From Fidelibacterota bacterium (GTDB lineage: Bacteria > Fidelibacterota > Marinisomatia > Marinisomatales > Marinisomataceae), in assembly GCA_016777965.1 (NCBI GenBank), contig JADHQL010000001.1, positions 3,451-67,450 on the forward strand: a DNA stretch of 64,000 nt. Direction: 5' to 3'. Shown in pieces: positions 55,338 to 64,000 of this stretch (position 1 is its first letter; each line of letters starts with the position of its first letter). Position numbers and translations under genes: made by a program. The notes under the pieces are model-generated. The model made no database searches. It saw only the letters and a list, made by a program, of their open reading frames with translations, and was not told where the DNA came from.

Positions 55338-56618
55338 TTATGAATTTCTTAAAATTTTTCGTATTTCATTAAGACACAAGGTAACAGTTAATTCACGATT
55401 TGTGATTCTGTCAGGTGTTAAATTATACCTCTTAATATATAAATTATTTTTATAAAATATTCCAACAAATACTAATCCAACTGGTTTTTTTTCTGTTCCG
55501 CCATCTGGACCAGCTATTCCAGTTATCCCGATTCCTATATCTGTATTATTTTTTTGAGCAATATTTTTTGCTAAAGACTCAGCAACCTCCTCACTTACCG
55601 CGCCATACCTTTCAATTAAATCCTTATCTATACCAATGTCGTTAATTTTTAACTCATTACTATAACAGACACTTCCACCTTTAAAATATTGAGAGCTTCC
55701 AGGAACATCTGTTAATCTTGATGCTAGTAAACCTGAAGTGCATGATTCTGCGGTACTTACTGTGAGATTATTTTGAATAAGCAGATCAGCTATTACTTGT
55801 TCTAACTTATCGTTATCATAACCATATACATATTTTTTTATTCTTGGAACTATTGCATTAACTAAATCTTCAACTAATTGACTATCTGATGATGTGAGTC
55901 GTATATCAACGCCTAACATTTTATGAGGCAAGAATGCAATATCAAATTTTTCCTTATTGGCATCAATGATATCTGTAATTTTTTCTTGAAGAATAGACTC
56001 AGGAACCCCTGTTGTTCTAATACTTTTACAAACCACTTTTTTCTTTAATGATTTTTCAATTTCTGGCAATACATAATTTGTAAACATAGATTTCATTTCT
56101 TTGGGAACTCCTGGAAGTGCAAAAAAATTGATTCTATTTTTATCTCCTGAAATTAAACCCTTAACACTTCTTAAAACTGAATCATGTTTTTTAGTGTAAT
56201 GTAACCCTCTTGCAGTACCAACTAAGTTTGGAATCATTATTCCTTTTTTAGATTTAAATGCTTGATTTTTATTAAGATTGGGCATTTTGAAGTTTAATCT
56301 TTTAAATCTTTCCGATAAAATTTGCCAGTACTCTTTATCAAAAGAGTGCGAATCATCAAAATACTCAAGAAATGCTGCCACTGTAATGTCATCTACAGTT
56401 GGTCCTAGGCCTCCTGTAACAATAATTTGGTCGCACTCCCATTCTTTGCACTGATATTCTAATGTGTCACAAATTTTGCCAATATCATCTGGTATAGTAT
56501 GATGAACATTAACTTTAATTCCTGAAGAAAGTAGTTGTTGACCTATCCAAGCAGCATTACGATCTACGGTAAAGCCACTTAATAACTCATTTCCAATTGT
56601 TATAATTCCAACTCTCAT
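55338..56618 (-). CDS. cinA: CinA (MoCF-like domain plus NMN deamidase PncC)
   Basis: 'IGNELLSG', 'TGGLGPT.DD', 'LPGVP.EM', 'TAESCTSG', 'GAVSEEVA', 'ITGIAGPDGG'; ATGA overlap with pgpA puts the start at 56618. Confidence 0.93.
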   Translation of the reverse strand: MRVGIITIGNELLSGFTVDRNAAWIGQQLLSSGIKVNVHHTIPDDIGKICDTLEYQCKEWECDQIIVTGGLGPTVDDITVAAFLEYFDDSHSFDKEYWQILSERFKRLNFKMPNLNKNQAFKSKKGIMIPNLVGTARGLHYTKKHDSVLRSVKGLISGDKNRINFFALPGVPKEMKSMFTNYVLPEIEKSLKKKVVCKSIRTTGVPESILQEKITDIIDANKEKFDIAFLPHKMLGVDIRLTSSDSQLVEDLVNAIVPRIKKYVYGYDNDKLEQVIADLLIQNNLTVSTAESCTSGLLASRLTDVPGSSQYFKGGSVCYSNELKINDIGIDKDLIERYGAVSEEVAESLAKNIAQKNNTDIGIGITGIAGPDGGTEKKPVGLVFVGIFYKNNLYIKRYNLTPDRITNRELTVTLCLNEIRKILRNS

Positions 56619-57139
56619 TGCATGATCCATAAGTTAACACTTAAAAAAATTATTACAAGAATTATGGACAAAAGTGCGGCCATAATATCATCACCTATAA
56701 CCTTATTGTATGCTTTTTCTTTTGGATTATTTTCAACCCATCCAACTGGACCAATTTTAGAAATATCAAAAAATCTAAAGACTATAAATGTTAATATGAA
56801 AAGCTCACTTGTTGCGGAAAGAGTTTCTATAAGATTAAACGAAAGCTGATCAAGAATGCTTGTGAAAATATAGACTCCAGAAATAGCAATACCCATTCCT
56901 ATAACCTCATCTAAAACATATTCTTTTGGATCTTCAGATTCAACAAGAGCGGAAAGCTTTGTGTAAGCATTTGGACCGATAATTAAAGTAAAAAATGCTA
57001 GAAATGAAGCTGTTTCTGCGTTTTGTTCATATAATGCAATAAGTAAAACTATAAGGGAAGCCCAAGTACCACCTCCGGGAATTTTTCCAATGCCAAATAA
57101 GGTGGCAAGCTGAACATTAAATCCTTTACTAAAATCCAT
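56615..57139 (-). CDS. pgpA: Phosphatidylglycerophosphatase A
   Basis: 'GGTWAS', 'DPKEYVLDEVIG', 'FRFFDISK', 'GDDIMA'. Confidence 0.88.
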   Translation of the reverse strand: MDFSKGFNVQLATLFGIGKIPGGGTWASLIVLLIALYEQNAETASFLAFFTLIIGPNAYTKLSALVESEDPKEYVLDEVIGMGIAISGVYIFTSILDQLSFNLIETLSATSELFILTFIVFRFFDISKIGPVGWVENNPKEKAYNKVIGDDIMAALLSIILVIIFLSVNLWIMQ

Positions 57140-57632
57140 TTTTAACAAAATAATGAATTCCGGTTGCCGCAGCATAGATTGCATTAATATTGACAATTAA
57201 ATCAACTATCAATTGTGATGGATTTACAAGCAATATTATTAGAACCATACCGTGTTGAAATACTGTTTTTAGCTTTCCAAATTTTGATGTTTCAAGAGGT
57301 TTATTTTTCGCAATCAGATAGTTTCTATATATAGTTATAATTATATCTCTACCTATTACAATTATGTAAGGCCAAAGCTGTATTGTATCTAAAACTAATA
57401 ACGCTGATAATACTCCTATCATTAAAACTTTATCAGCTAATGGATCCATATAGTTACCATGACCTGAAACCAAATCATATTTTCTAGCAATTTTACCATC
57501 AGCAACATCGCTAAAACTGCAATATGCAAAAATTATACCTGCATAAAGAAAATTGTCATTTACAATTAAATAAATGATTAATGGAGTAAGCAGAATTCTA
57601 GAATAAGTAAGAAAATTTAGAAAAAATTTCAA
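57129..57632 (-). CDS. pgsA: CDP-diacylglycerol--glycerol-3-phosphate 3-phosphatidyltransferase
   Basis: 'NFLTYSRI', 'SDVADGKIARK...G..MDPLADK', 'GKLKT'. Confidence 0.9.
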   Translation of the reverse strand: MKFFLNFLTYSRILLTPLIIYLIVNDNFLYAGIIFAYCSFSDVADGKIARKYDLVSGHGNYMDPLADKVLMIGVLSALLVLDTIQLWPYIIVIGRDIIITIYRNYLIAKNKPLETSKFGKLKTVFQHGMVLIILLVNPSQLIVDLIVNINAIYAAATGIHYFVKNGF

Positions 57633-58228
57633 CTTAATTTTACCCTTCCTGAAATGGCAGAAGAAATAGTTTTGTCGTCAATATATTCCAAATTACTACC
57701 AACCGGCAAACCAACAGCAAGGCGTGATAGTTCAATGTTCTTATCTTTTAAAATTTTTTCAAGATAAAGCGCAGTGGCATTTCCAGAAGTGCTAGGATTG
57801 GTTGCAATAATAACTTCTTTTAATCCTGAATTAATTCTTTTTAAAAGCTTGTCAAAAGATAGATCTGACGGACCAATACCATCTAATGGGGAAATAGCTC
57901 CGCCAAGTACATGATACAACCCATCAAAACTATTGGTGTTTTCAATTTTAATAACATCTTCCATATTTTCAACTACACACAAAATTTCAGAATTTCTAGA
58001 CTCACTGCTCAATGGAGATTCTTCGCCTTTAAGCAACAACATTCCTGTATCCGGACAAATATCAAGCTTTTCATCAACCTCTTTTAAGGCACTAATCAAA
58101 TTCTTGCCTAATGACTTTTCGGACTTTACTATGAAATATGCTATTCTTTCTGCTCCTTTTCTTCCAACTCCAGGAAACTTCGTCAAAGACTCAATTAATA
58201 TTTCAATATATTTAGTAGCATTTGCCAT
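57629..58228 (-). CDS. recR: Recombination mediator RecR (degenerate C4 zinc finger)
   Basis: HhH 'FPGVGRKGAERIA', Toprim 'LCVVE', 'GLYHVLGG.ISPLDGIGP', 'RLAVGLPVG'. Confidence 0.96.
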   Translation of the reverse strand: MANATKYIEILIESLTKFPGVGRKGAERIAYFIVKSEKSLGKNLISALKEVDEKLDICPDTGMLLLKGEESPLSSESRNSEILCVVENMEDVIKIENTNSFDGLYHVLGGAISPLDGIGPSDLSFDKLLKRINSGLKEVIIATNPSTSGNATALYLEKILKDKNIELSRLAVGLPVGSNLEYIDDKTISSAISGRVKLS

Positions 58229-58542
58229 TAAAATCCTGGTAATCCATCAGTTAAACCACCAGTTACAGCTTTTAATTTCTTAGCTGATGTATCTTTAGCA
58301 TCTTCAAGTGCCTTATTAACAGCAACCTTTATTGCATTTTCAATTACATAGGCTTCGCTACTTAAAAGCGTTTCATCTATTTCTACATTTTGAGTTTTCA
58401 TATCTGCTGTCATCGTAACCTTACATGCACCATTAGCAGATACTCCCTCTACCTGAATACTCTCCAACTCTTTCTTAATTTTCTTCATTTGAGATTTCAT
58501 ATTTTGCGCTTGTTTAAGCATTTCTTTCATATTTCCAAACAT
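58228..58542 (-). CDS. ybaB: YbaB/EbfC nucleoid-associated protein
   Basis: 'MLKQAQNMK', 'VEGVSANG..KVTM', 'AVNKAL', 'TGG'; dnaX-ybaB-recR synteny. Confidence 0.93.
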   Translation of the reverse strand: MFGNMKEMLKQAQNMKSQMKKIKKELESIQVEGVSANGACKVTMTADMKTQNVEIDETLLSSEAYVIENAIKVAVNKALEDAKDTSAKKLKAVTGGLTDGLPGF

Positions 58543-60092
58543 TATAACATATCCTTTCCATCAAATAGAGATACAATATCATCTTCATTAACTTTTTCAT
58601 CTTTTTTATCTTCAATTTTTACAACCTCAGTATCAACAATCAAACTAACATTAACATTGGAACCATACTTTTCATCAATAATTAACTTTACAAGCTCCAA
58701 GCCTTCCTTTAATAGCTTTTGATTAAATTCTGAACTATCATAAGAAATCACCTCAAGATTACTACCTTTTAAGTTTCCAAGAATGCATCCAGATAACTGC
58801 GCTCCGATTGATCCTCTTTTTTTTGAAACTTCTTTAACAATTTGATTCCAATTATTTTTCAACAATTCTTCACTTAAATCTATTTTTTTCTCTTTTTTTG
58901 TAGAGGTTGCATCAGGGGTATTATTTACTGTTTTTTCTTTTAGAGTTTCTACCTGCTGTTGCTGAATAATTTCTTTTTTTAAAAATTCTTCAATATCAAC
59001 GCTTGAATCAAACTCTAAGAGCTTGATTAAGTTCATTTCTAATAACAAATATTGATCAGAGTATTGTCGTATTGAAGCATAAAGTGTTGATAGATTATTA
59101 GACAGTCTAATTATATCTTTGTGACTCCAATTGTAACTTAATTGATTATATTTTTTAGAAAGTTCAGAATCTACGCCAGCAAGCTTTAATCCGTTTTTAA
59201 AATTCAAAACTGATAGATTTCTGAAATGCAAAATTAAATCTTTTAATAAATCTTCAACTATATAACCTTTATTCCTAATAACCTCTAAATCAGCAAGAAG
59301 CTTATCTCCATCTCTATCATGTAAAGCATCAGAGATACTAAACAAAATTTCATAAGGAACTACTCCAAGTAAATCCTGTACTATATCAAAAGTGATGTCA
59401 TTTCCTAGCACAAGGACTTGATCTAAGTAACTTAATGCATCTCGCATACTTCCTTCTGATTTTGAAGCAATCATTGATAATGACTTTTCATCAATTGACT
59501 GGTTTTCACTTTTCGCAATATATTTTAATCTTTCACTTATTGTTTTGTTTGAAAGTGGTAAAAAATCAAATCTTTGACATCTTGAAATAATCGTTTGTGG
59601 AACTTTATGTATATCTGTAGTTGCCAGAATAAATTTTACATGATGAGGAGGTTCTTCCAATGTCTTTAATAAAGCATTAAATGCCTGCGTAGTAAGCATA
59701 TGAACCTCATCAATGATGATAACCTTAAACTTTCCAGAAACAGGCATAAATTTGATATTTTCTCGCAATTCACGCATTTCGTCAATTCCTCTATTGGAGG
59801 CTCCATCAATCTCAATCACATCCATAGATTTTCCATCAATAATATCCAAAACTGATTCAGATTTTAAATCATATTCTGTAGTTGGTGTATCTGCACCATT
59901 TAAAGACATAGCTACTAGACGAGCTGTTGTTGTTTTACCTACTCCTCTTGGTCCAGCAAATAAAAATGCTTGGGCGATACGATTTTTTTCAAAAGCCTTT
60001 TGGAGTGTAGTGGTAATATGCTCTTGACCAACAACATCTTTGAATTGTTTTGGACGCCATTTAAGAGCTAAAACTTGGTAATTTTCTGACAA
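58542..60092 (-). CDS. dnaX: DNA polymerase III subunit gamma/tau (zinc module cysteines absent)
   Basis: 'LALKWRP', 'GPRGVGKTT', 'EIDGASN', 'DEVHML', 'LKTLEEPP', 'SRCQRF', 'GSMRDALS'. Confidence 0.97.
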   Translation of the reverse strand: MSENYQVLALKWRPKQFKDVVGQEHITTTLQKAFEKNRIAQAFLFAGPRGVGKTTTARLVAMSLNGADTPTTEYDLKSESVLDIIDGKSMDVIEIDGASNRGIDEMRELRENIKFMPVSGKFKVIIIDEVHMLTTQAFNALLKTLEEPPHHVKFILATTDIHKVPQTIISRCQRFDFLPLSNKTISERLKYIAKSENQSIDEKSLSMIASKSEGSMRDALSYLDQVLVLGNDITFDIVQDLLGVVPYEILFSISDALHDRDGDKLLADLEVIRNKGYIVEDLLKDLILHFRNLSVLNFKNGLKLAGVDSELSKKYNQLSYNWSHKDIIRLSNNLSTLYASIRQYSDQYLLLEMNLIKLLEFDSSVDIEEFLKKEIIQQQQVETLKEKTVNNTPDATSTKKEKKIDLSEELLKNNWNQIVKEVSKKRGSIGAQLSGCILGNLKGSNLEVISYDSSEFNQKLLKEGLELVKLIIDEKYGSNVNVSLIVDTEVVKIEDKKDEKVNEDDIVSLFDGKDML

Positions 60093-60130
60093 TTTATTTC
60101 CTTTATTTTTAGAATTTAATCAAACATATT

Positions 60131-60170
60131 AAAAGAGCGTAGAAATATAAAAAAACTCTACGCTCTTTTT
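60131..60170. terminator. Rho-independent terminator (13-bp stem) between cupin gene and dnaX
   Basis: AAAAGAGCGTAGA / TCTACGCTCTTTT with flanking A/T tracts. Confidence 0.8.
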
Positions 60171-60188
60171 TAATAAGTTAAACTGTAT

Positions 60189-60548
60189 CTATTTAGCATA
60201 TGATTGAGCTGTGGATGAATCAAACTCAAAACATACAGCCTCCTCATCACCATTAACCTGTGCAGTATGGCCTGGAAGAATTTGATATGCATCTCCAGCT
60301 TCAAATGTCTCTTCTGAATTATCGTCACCAAAAATAGTCAAACTTCCTTTAATAACGAGCCCTAAATGAGGTGCTTGACAAGTTTTAGTACCTGCTATTG
60401 GACCTACACTTTCTGTCCATTTCCATCCAGGTTGCAAAGTAAATCTTCCTACTGTTCCAGCAGGAAAATTTAACAACTCAATCCTTGCTTTATCTGGCTC
60501 TCTTAATTCATCAAACTCATTAAAGTTTTTCTTATTTACTATTGCCAT
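60189..60548 (-). CDS. Cupin-domain protein
   Basis: 'LQPGWKW..SV.P.AGT..CQ.PH.G', 'AGD.Y.ILPGH.A'. Confidence 0.88.
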   Translation of the reverse strand: MAIVNKKNFNEFDELREPDKARIELLNFPAGTVGRFTLQPGWKWTESVGPIAGTKTCQAPHLGLVIKGSLTIFGDDNSEETFEAGDAYQILPGHTAQVNGDEEAVCFEFDSSTAQSYAK

Positions 60549-60565
60549 TTTTCTCTCCTTTATTA

Positions 60566-62032
60566 TTATAAAATTAATTTAAGACTATCAACTTTTGACT
60601 CACTAGCTTTTAATCCCATCTTTGCAGATTGTTCAAAGTATTTTAACGCCATAGCGTTATCATTAACTTCTAAATAATAATCTCCTAAAGAATCATAGGG
60701 ATTAGCCTTTCCGCCCTGTCTTCTAACTTGCTCTTGAAAAATTTCTTTAGCTAAGTCCATCTCATCTTTTTGCATGTAAGCATAACCCATAATATTTAAT
60801 GCTGGCGTAAAGTTAGGATTCATTGCGTACAATTCCTTTCCTCTGCGCAATATCATGTCAGGTCCAATATCACTGATTGTTGCAAATATAGATTCCATTC
60901 TTAAAAATGAATCATCAGGATATTTAATAACCAATCTTTCAACTACTTTATCAAAAGAATTGGTTCCAAGCTGATTATCATTATACAATGTTAAGATCAT
61001 TTTTTTCTCTTCTGCAGAAGCATTAATTGACATGCTTACTGCTATATCTAAGTCTTCAGTACCAGCACTTTGATTCTGCATGAAAAAATGTGTTCTTGCA
61101 CGCATAGCATAAGCAATAGCAAAGCTTTCATCCATTTCAATAGCTGCTGAAAATGAATTGTTAGCTTTTTCCCATTCTAAATTGTAAAACTGCCACATTC
61201 CCTGATTAAACAGATTTTTAGCATCTTGTTTTTCGCTAGTCCACTTAATTAGTCCGGTATCCTCTACTGATATTCTTTGTTGGTACTTAGCGACTGCAAT
61301 ATTTCTTGTAGCCCATTCAAATTCAGGATCAATTTCAAATGCTAATTGATAGTTTTCTATAGCTTTGTCAAAATCACCTTTATTTAAATAAAATTCTGCT
61401 AAGGAATCGTATGCATTAGCTTCGTTTGGATTTAACTCTATATATTTTTCAATATATCCTAATGCTTTTTCGTATAGTTCATCATCTTTGTCATTTCCAG
61501 GTGCATTATAATTTCTAATATATGAGTAAGCTAATAAATTATATAAATGACCTTTGTTTAATCTAGATGCCGCTTCTTCTAAAAGTCCAACGCCATAATC
61601 AGGAAACTCGTTAGATGCTTGAAATCTGTATGCTCCCGCAGCTAGAAAGTTATCACCTTTATATTTTTTATATAAATCTGGATATGCATCAAATCTTCCG
61701 CCTTCACCGTTAATCCAATTAACAGCTGCTTCCATCAACTTTGTTTCTGGATGCCCTTTTTTTGCTAAATCTAAAGCAGTTTCAAGATACTCTCTTCTTA
61801 GAACTCTATCTTGCTCTGCATTACCTAAATTCAAATAGCATGAAGCACAATTTGAATCTTTTTTTATACCCTCTAAAAACAATGCTCTTGCTTCAGCAAA
61901 GCGAACATGATGCATTGCTTCTAATCCGTTCATTAATTCATTTGAAGCTTGGCCAGCTTGTCTTGGCATTTCGCCAGAGTTAGACTGACAACTAATTGCT
62001 AAAAATGAAAATAATATTAATATTCTTTTCAT
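60566..62032 (-). CDS. TPR-repeat lipoprotein with internal duplication
   Basis: Lipobox AISC; 'ANAYDSLAEFY' and 'ANPYDSLGDYY' repeated TPR motifs. Confidence 0.85.
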   Translation of the reverse strand: MKRILILFSFLAISCQSNSGEMPRQAGQASNELMNGLEAMHHVRFAEARALFLEGIKKDSNCASCYLNLGNAEQDRVLRREYLETALDLAKKGHPETKLMEAAVNWINGEGGRFDAYPDLYKKYKGDNFLAAGAYRFQASNEFPDYGVGLLEEAASRLNKGHLYNLLAYSYIRNYNAPGNDKDDELYEKALGYIEKYIELNPNEANAYDSLAEFYLNKGDFDKAIENYQLAFEIDPEFEWATRNIAVAKYQQRISVEDTGLIKWTSEKQDAKNLFNQGMWQFYNLEWEKANNSFSAAIEMDESFAIAYAMRARTHFFMQNQSAGTEDLDIAVSMSINASAEEKKMILTLYNDNQLGTNSFDKVVERLVIKYPDDSFLRMESIFATISDIGPDMILRRGKELYAMNPNFTPALNIMGYAYMQKDEMDLAKEIFQEQVRRQGGKANPYDSLGDYYLEVNDNAMALKYFEQSAKMGLKASESKVDSLKLIL

Positions 62033-62044
62033 TATTTCCTCCTA

Positions 62045-62809
62045 TTATCTTGTATAAACAAATGTTGAATCATCTGACAAAGATGAATCAAATTTGTAAT
62101 TTTCTAAGTCAAAGTCTTTTAAATCTTTATTTCTTGTGATTTTATTGTTAATTATAAATTTTGCTAATAAACCCCGAGCTTTCTTAGCATTAAACGAAAT
62201 AAATTTAAGCTCACCATCTCGATATTCTTTAAATACTGTATTTAGAATGTTGCTATCAAGATTCTTTTGATCGATGACATTAAAATATTCATTTGAGGAG
62301 CAATTAATAATGGTCTTATTTTCATGTTTTTTAATGTTTTTATTAAGATTATTAGTCACTTCATTGCTCCAAAAATCATATAAATTCTTTCCTTTAGCGT
62401 TTTCAAATTTTGTACCCATTTCAAGTCGATATGGCTGAATTAAATCTAAAGGTTTTAATACTCCATAAAGCCCAGAAAGAATTCTTAAATGATCTTGAGC
62501 AAACTCTAAATCATTCTGGTTAAATGTTTCTGCTTCTAGTCCTGAATAAACCCCTCCATCAAAAGCTAAAATAGCTTGCTTTGCATTATCTAGATTAAAT
62601 GGCAAAGACCAATTATTAAAACGTTCTTTATTTAAATCTGCCAGTGAATCACTAATTTTCATTAAATCTTTTAAATCTTGTGATGTTAAATTTTTTGCTT
62701 TGTTGACAAGCTCTTGTGCGCTTTCAATGAAATCACATTGTGTAGATGCTGAAACAGCATCTTGATGTTTGAAATTTAACTTTTTTGATGGTGATAATAA
62801 TGTAATCAT
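62045..62809 (-). CDS. yaaA: Peroxide stress protein YaaA (DUF328)
   Basis: 'LLSPSK', 'AFDGGVY', 'ILSGLYG.L.PLD.IQPYRLEMG', 'SNEYF', 'AKKARG'. Confidence 0.95.
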   Translation of the reverse strand: MITLLSPSKKLNFKHQDAVSASTQCDFIESAQELVNKAKNLTSQDLKDLMKISDSLADLNKERFNNWSLPFNLDNAKQAILAFDGGVYSGLEAETFNQNDLEFAQDHLRILSGLYGVLKPLDLIQPYRLEMGTKFENAKGKNLYDFWSNEVTNNLNKNIKKHENKTIINCSSNEYFNVIDQKNLDSNILNTVFKEYRDGELKFISFNAKKARGLLAKFIINNKITRNKDLKDFDLENYKFDSSLSDDSTFVYTR

Positions 62810-63246
62810 GTTAACTCCCTTAAATTGTCTATAACCACTTGATGCACTGGAATTGATTTCTGCTCCACAAAATTAAACATTACAAAGGTATGAATCGTTT
62901 GAAAAGATGGGTCATTCTCTCCTTCAACAAAAATACCTTGGTGCACGTCATAGCTTTTGTTTCCTACCCTAGTAATACGACATCCAATATCAAGTTTAAC
63001 AGGATGATGAACTTGCTTGATATAGGTAACATCCATAGAAGCTAGTAACCCTGCTGCGGTGCTTTTTAATCCCAGATTATAAGTAGTTTTTCCATAAATA
63101 TAATCAATAAAATCTTTATGTTTTGTTTCAAGCAAACTGAGGTAAACTGTGTGATTGATGTGTCCTAAAGTATCTACATCCCTCCACCTGGTTTCAGCTG
63201 TTGTAAAAAAGTCATAATCGCTTCTAGTTAAAATCTTTTTTTTCAT
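62806..63246 (-). CDS. Acyl-CoA thioesterase (4HBT/hotdog fold)
   Basis: 'RWRDVDTLGHINH..Y', 'RVGNKS'. Confidence 0.88.
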   Translation of the reverse strand: MKKKILTRSDYDFFTTAETRWRDVDTLGHINHTVYLSLLETKHKDFIDYIYGKTTYNLGLKSTAAGLLASMDVTYIKQVHHPVKLDIGCRITRVGNKSYDVHQGIFVEGENDPSFQTIHTFVMFNFVEQKSIPVHQVVIDNLRELT

Positions 63247-64000
63247 ATTAGTTTTTTTTTGAAATCCTCACATAAGTTCCAAACTTTTTTCCAATCCTCT
63301 TGATTGTAGGAAGCTCTGGAAGATTTAATTTCTCTACATTTAAAAAAATATTTACCCGACACACCCTTAACCTCATTAGAAGTTGACAAATAAATACTGG
63401 AGTCTGCGCCATTATCAACAGTTCTAGCAAATATTTTCGCTCCAAATTTTACAATATATTTTATCAAATTTCCTTCATTGCCTGCAATATTGGTATCTAC
63501 AAAACCGGGATGTAATACATTAACTGACACTTTATCCTGCATAGATGCTAATTGATAGGTAAACATAATATTCATTAGCTTTGAAACACAATACGAAGTC
63601 CAGGCAGAAAAGCTTTTTTCAGAATTGATATTCTCATAATCAATTTCTGCGCCAATGTGCGCATTGGAAGCAACATTCACTATTCTTCCATCATTTGATT
63701 CTGAAAGAATATCCAATAACTCTGTAGAAAGAACAAAATAATTCATTTGATTGGTGGCGAATGTTTTTTCAAGCCCTTCAGATGTGATTTGCTTTGTTTT
63801 ATTTGCACCACCAGCATTATTTAACAGCACATCAATTTTGCTGTGCTTTTGTTTAATTCTGTCTGCTAAATCTTTCACATTAGCAGCTAAGCTAAGATCG
63901 CATTCAAAAAAGTTTAAATTTTCATTGCCGGAATGTGCAATGATTGTTTCAAGAGCTTTTTTACCTTTATCGGGATTTCTTCCAACTAAACTAACATGAC
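63243..64000 (-). CDS. Short-chain dehydrogenase/reductase (retinol-DH-like), 5'-truncated by window edge
   Basis: Frame open to the edge (..LVGRNP..CDLS..); 'LLNNAG', 'RIVNVAS', 'YCVSK', 'HPGFVDT'. Confidence 0.92.
   Translation of the reverse strand, partial: HVSLVGRNPDKGKKALETIIAHSGNENLNFFECDLSLAANVKDLADRIKQKHSKIDVLLNNAGGANKTKQITSEGLEKTFATNQMNYFVLSTELLDILSESNDGRIVNVASNAHIGAEIDYENINSEKSFSAWTSYCVSKLMNIMFTYQLASMQDKVSVNVLHPGFVDTNIAGNEGNLIKYIVKFGAKIFARTVDNGADSSIYLSTSNEVKGVSGKYFFKCREIKSSRASYNQEDWKKVWNLCEDFKKKLI

Noticed and set aside
58880-58990. Programmed -1 frameshift or slippage in dnaX producing gamma
   Set aside because: A7 runs exist after domain III, but there is no in-frame A AAA AAG or evident stimulatory hairpin, and such runs are common in this AT-rich genome
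1-64000. CRISPR arrays, rRNA, transposases, prophage or defence systems
   Set aside because: No regularly spaced repeats, no non-coding gap longer than about 160 bp, and no corresponding protein motifs found by eye

Overview
Gene-dense, AT-rich bacterial chromosome segment (genetic code 11). The FlgD-Ig/T9SS-type C-terminal sorting domain, TonB receptor, DUF5916/DUF885 proteins and streamlined layout suggest a marine FCB-group organism such as Marinimicrobia/SAR406 (inference). Most of the window is housekeeping: thrS-infC-rpmI-rplT-pheS-pheT-zapA-folD; leuS; nusA-infB-rbfA-truB-ribF-rpsO-pnp-ald; tRNA-Leu(CAA); rnhB-lepB; dnaX-ybaB-recR-pgsA-pgpA-cinA-recA. The main structural signal is a XerCD dif-like site at 30895-30922, lying where gene orientation flips (32 of 34 CDS on + before it, 33 of 36 on - after it), so this window probably contains the replication terminus. 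Just left of dif is an accessory redox module: a Cys-rich HxlR regulator divergent from two tandem CDGSH [2Fe-2S] proteins, DoxX and a membrane-anchored glutaredoxin. This is my best candidate for an undescribed system. Other points: a BamE-like plus twin-lipoprotein operon behind a perfect 20-bp palindrome, paired Fur-like boxes around the TonB-receptor promoter, DnaX and RecR that have lost their zinc-ligand cysteines, a rimP-leader-like attenuator retained upstream of nusA although rimP is absent, an ATT-start infC, two small membrane ORFs missed by the ORF track, and a truncated PqqB-like remnant. No CRISPR, rRNA, integrase or transposase was seen. All family calls come from motif recognition, not database searches.
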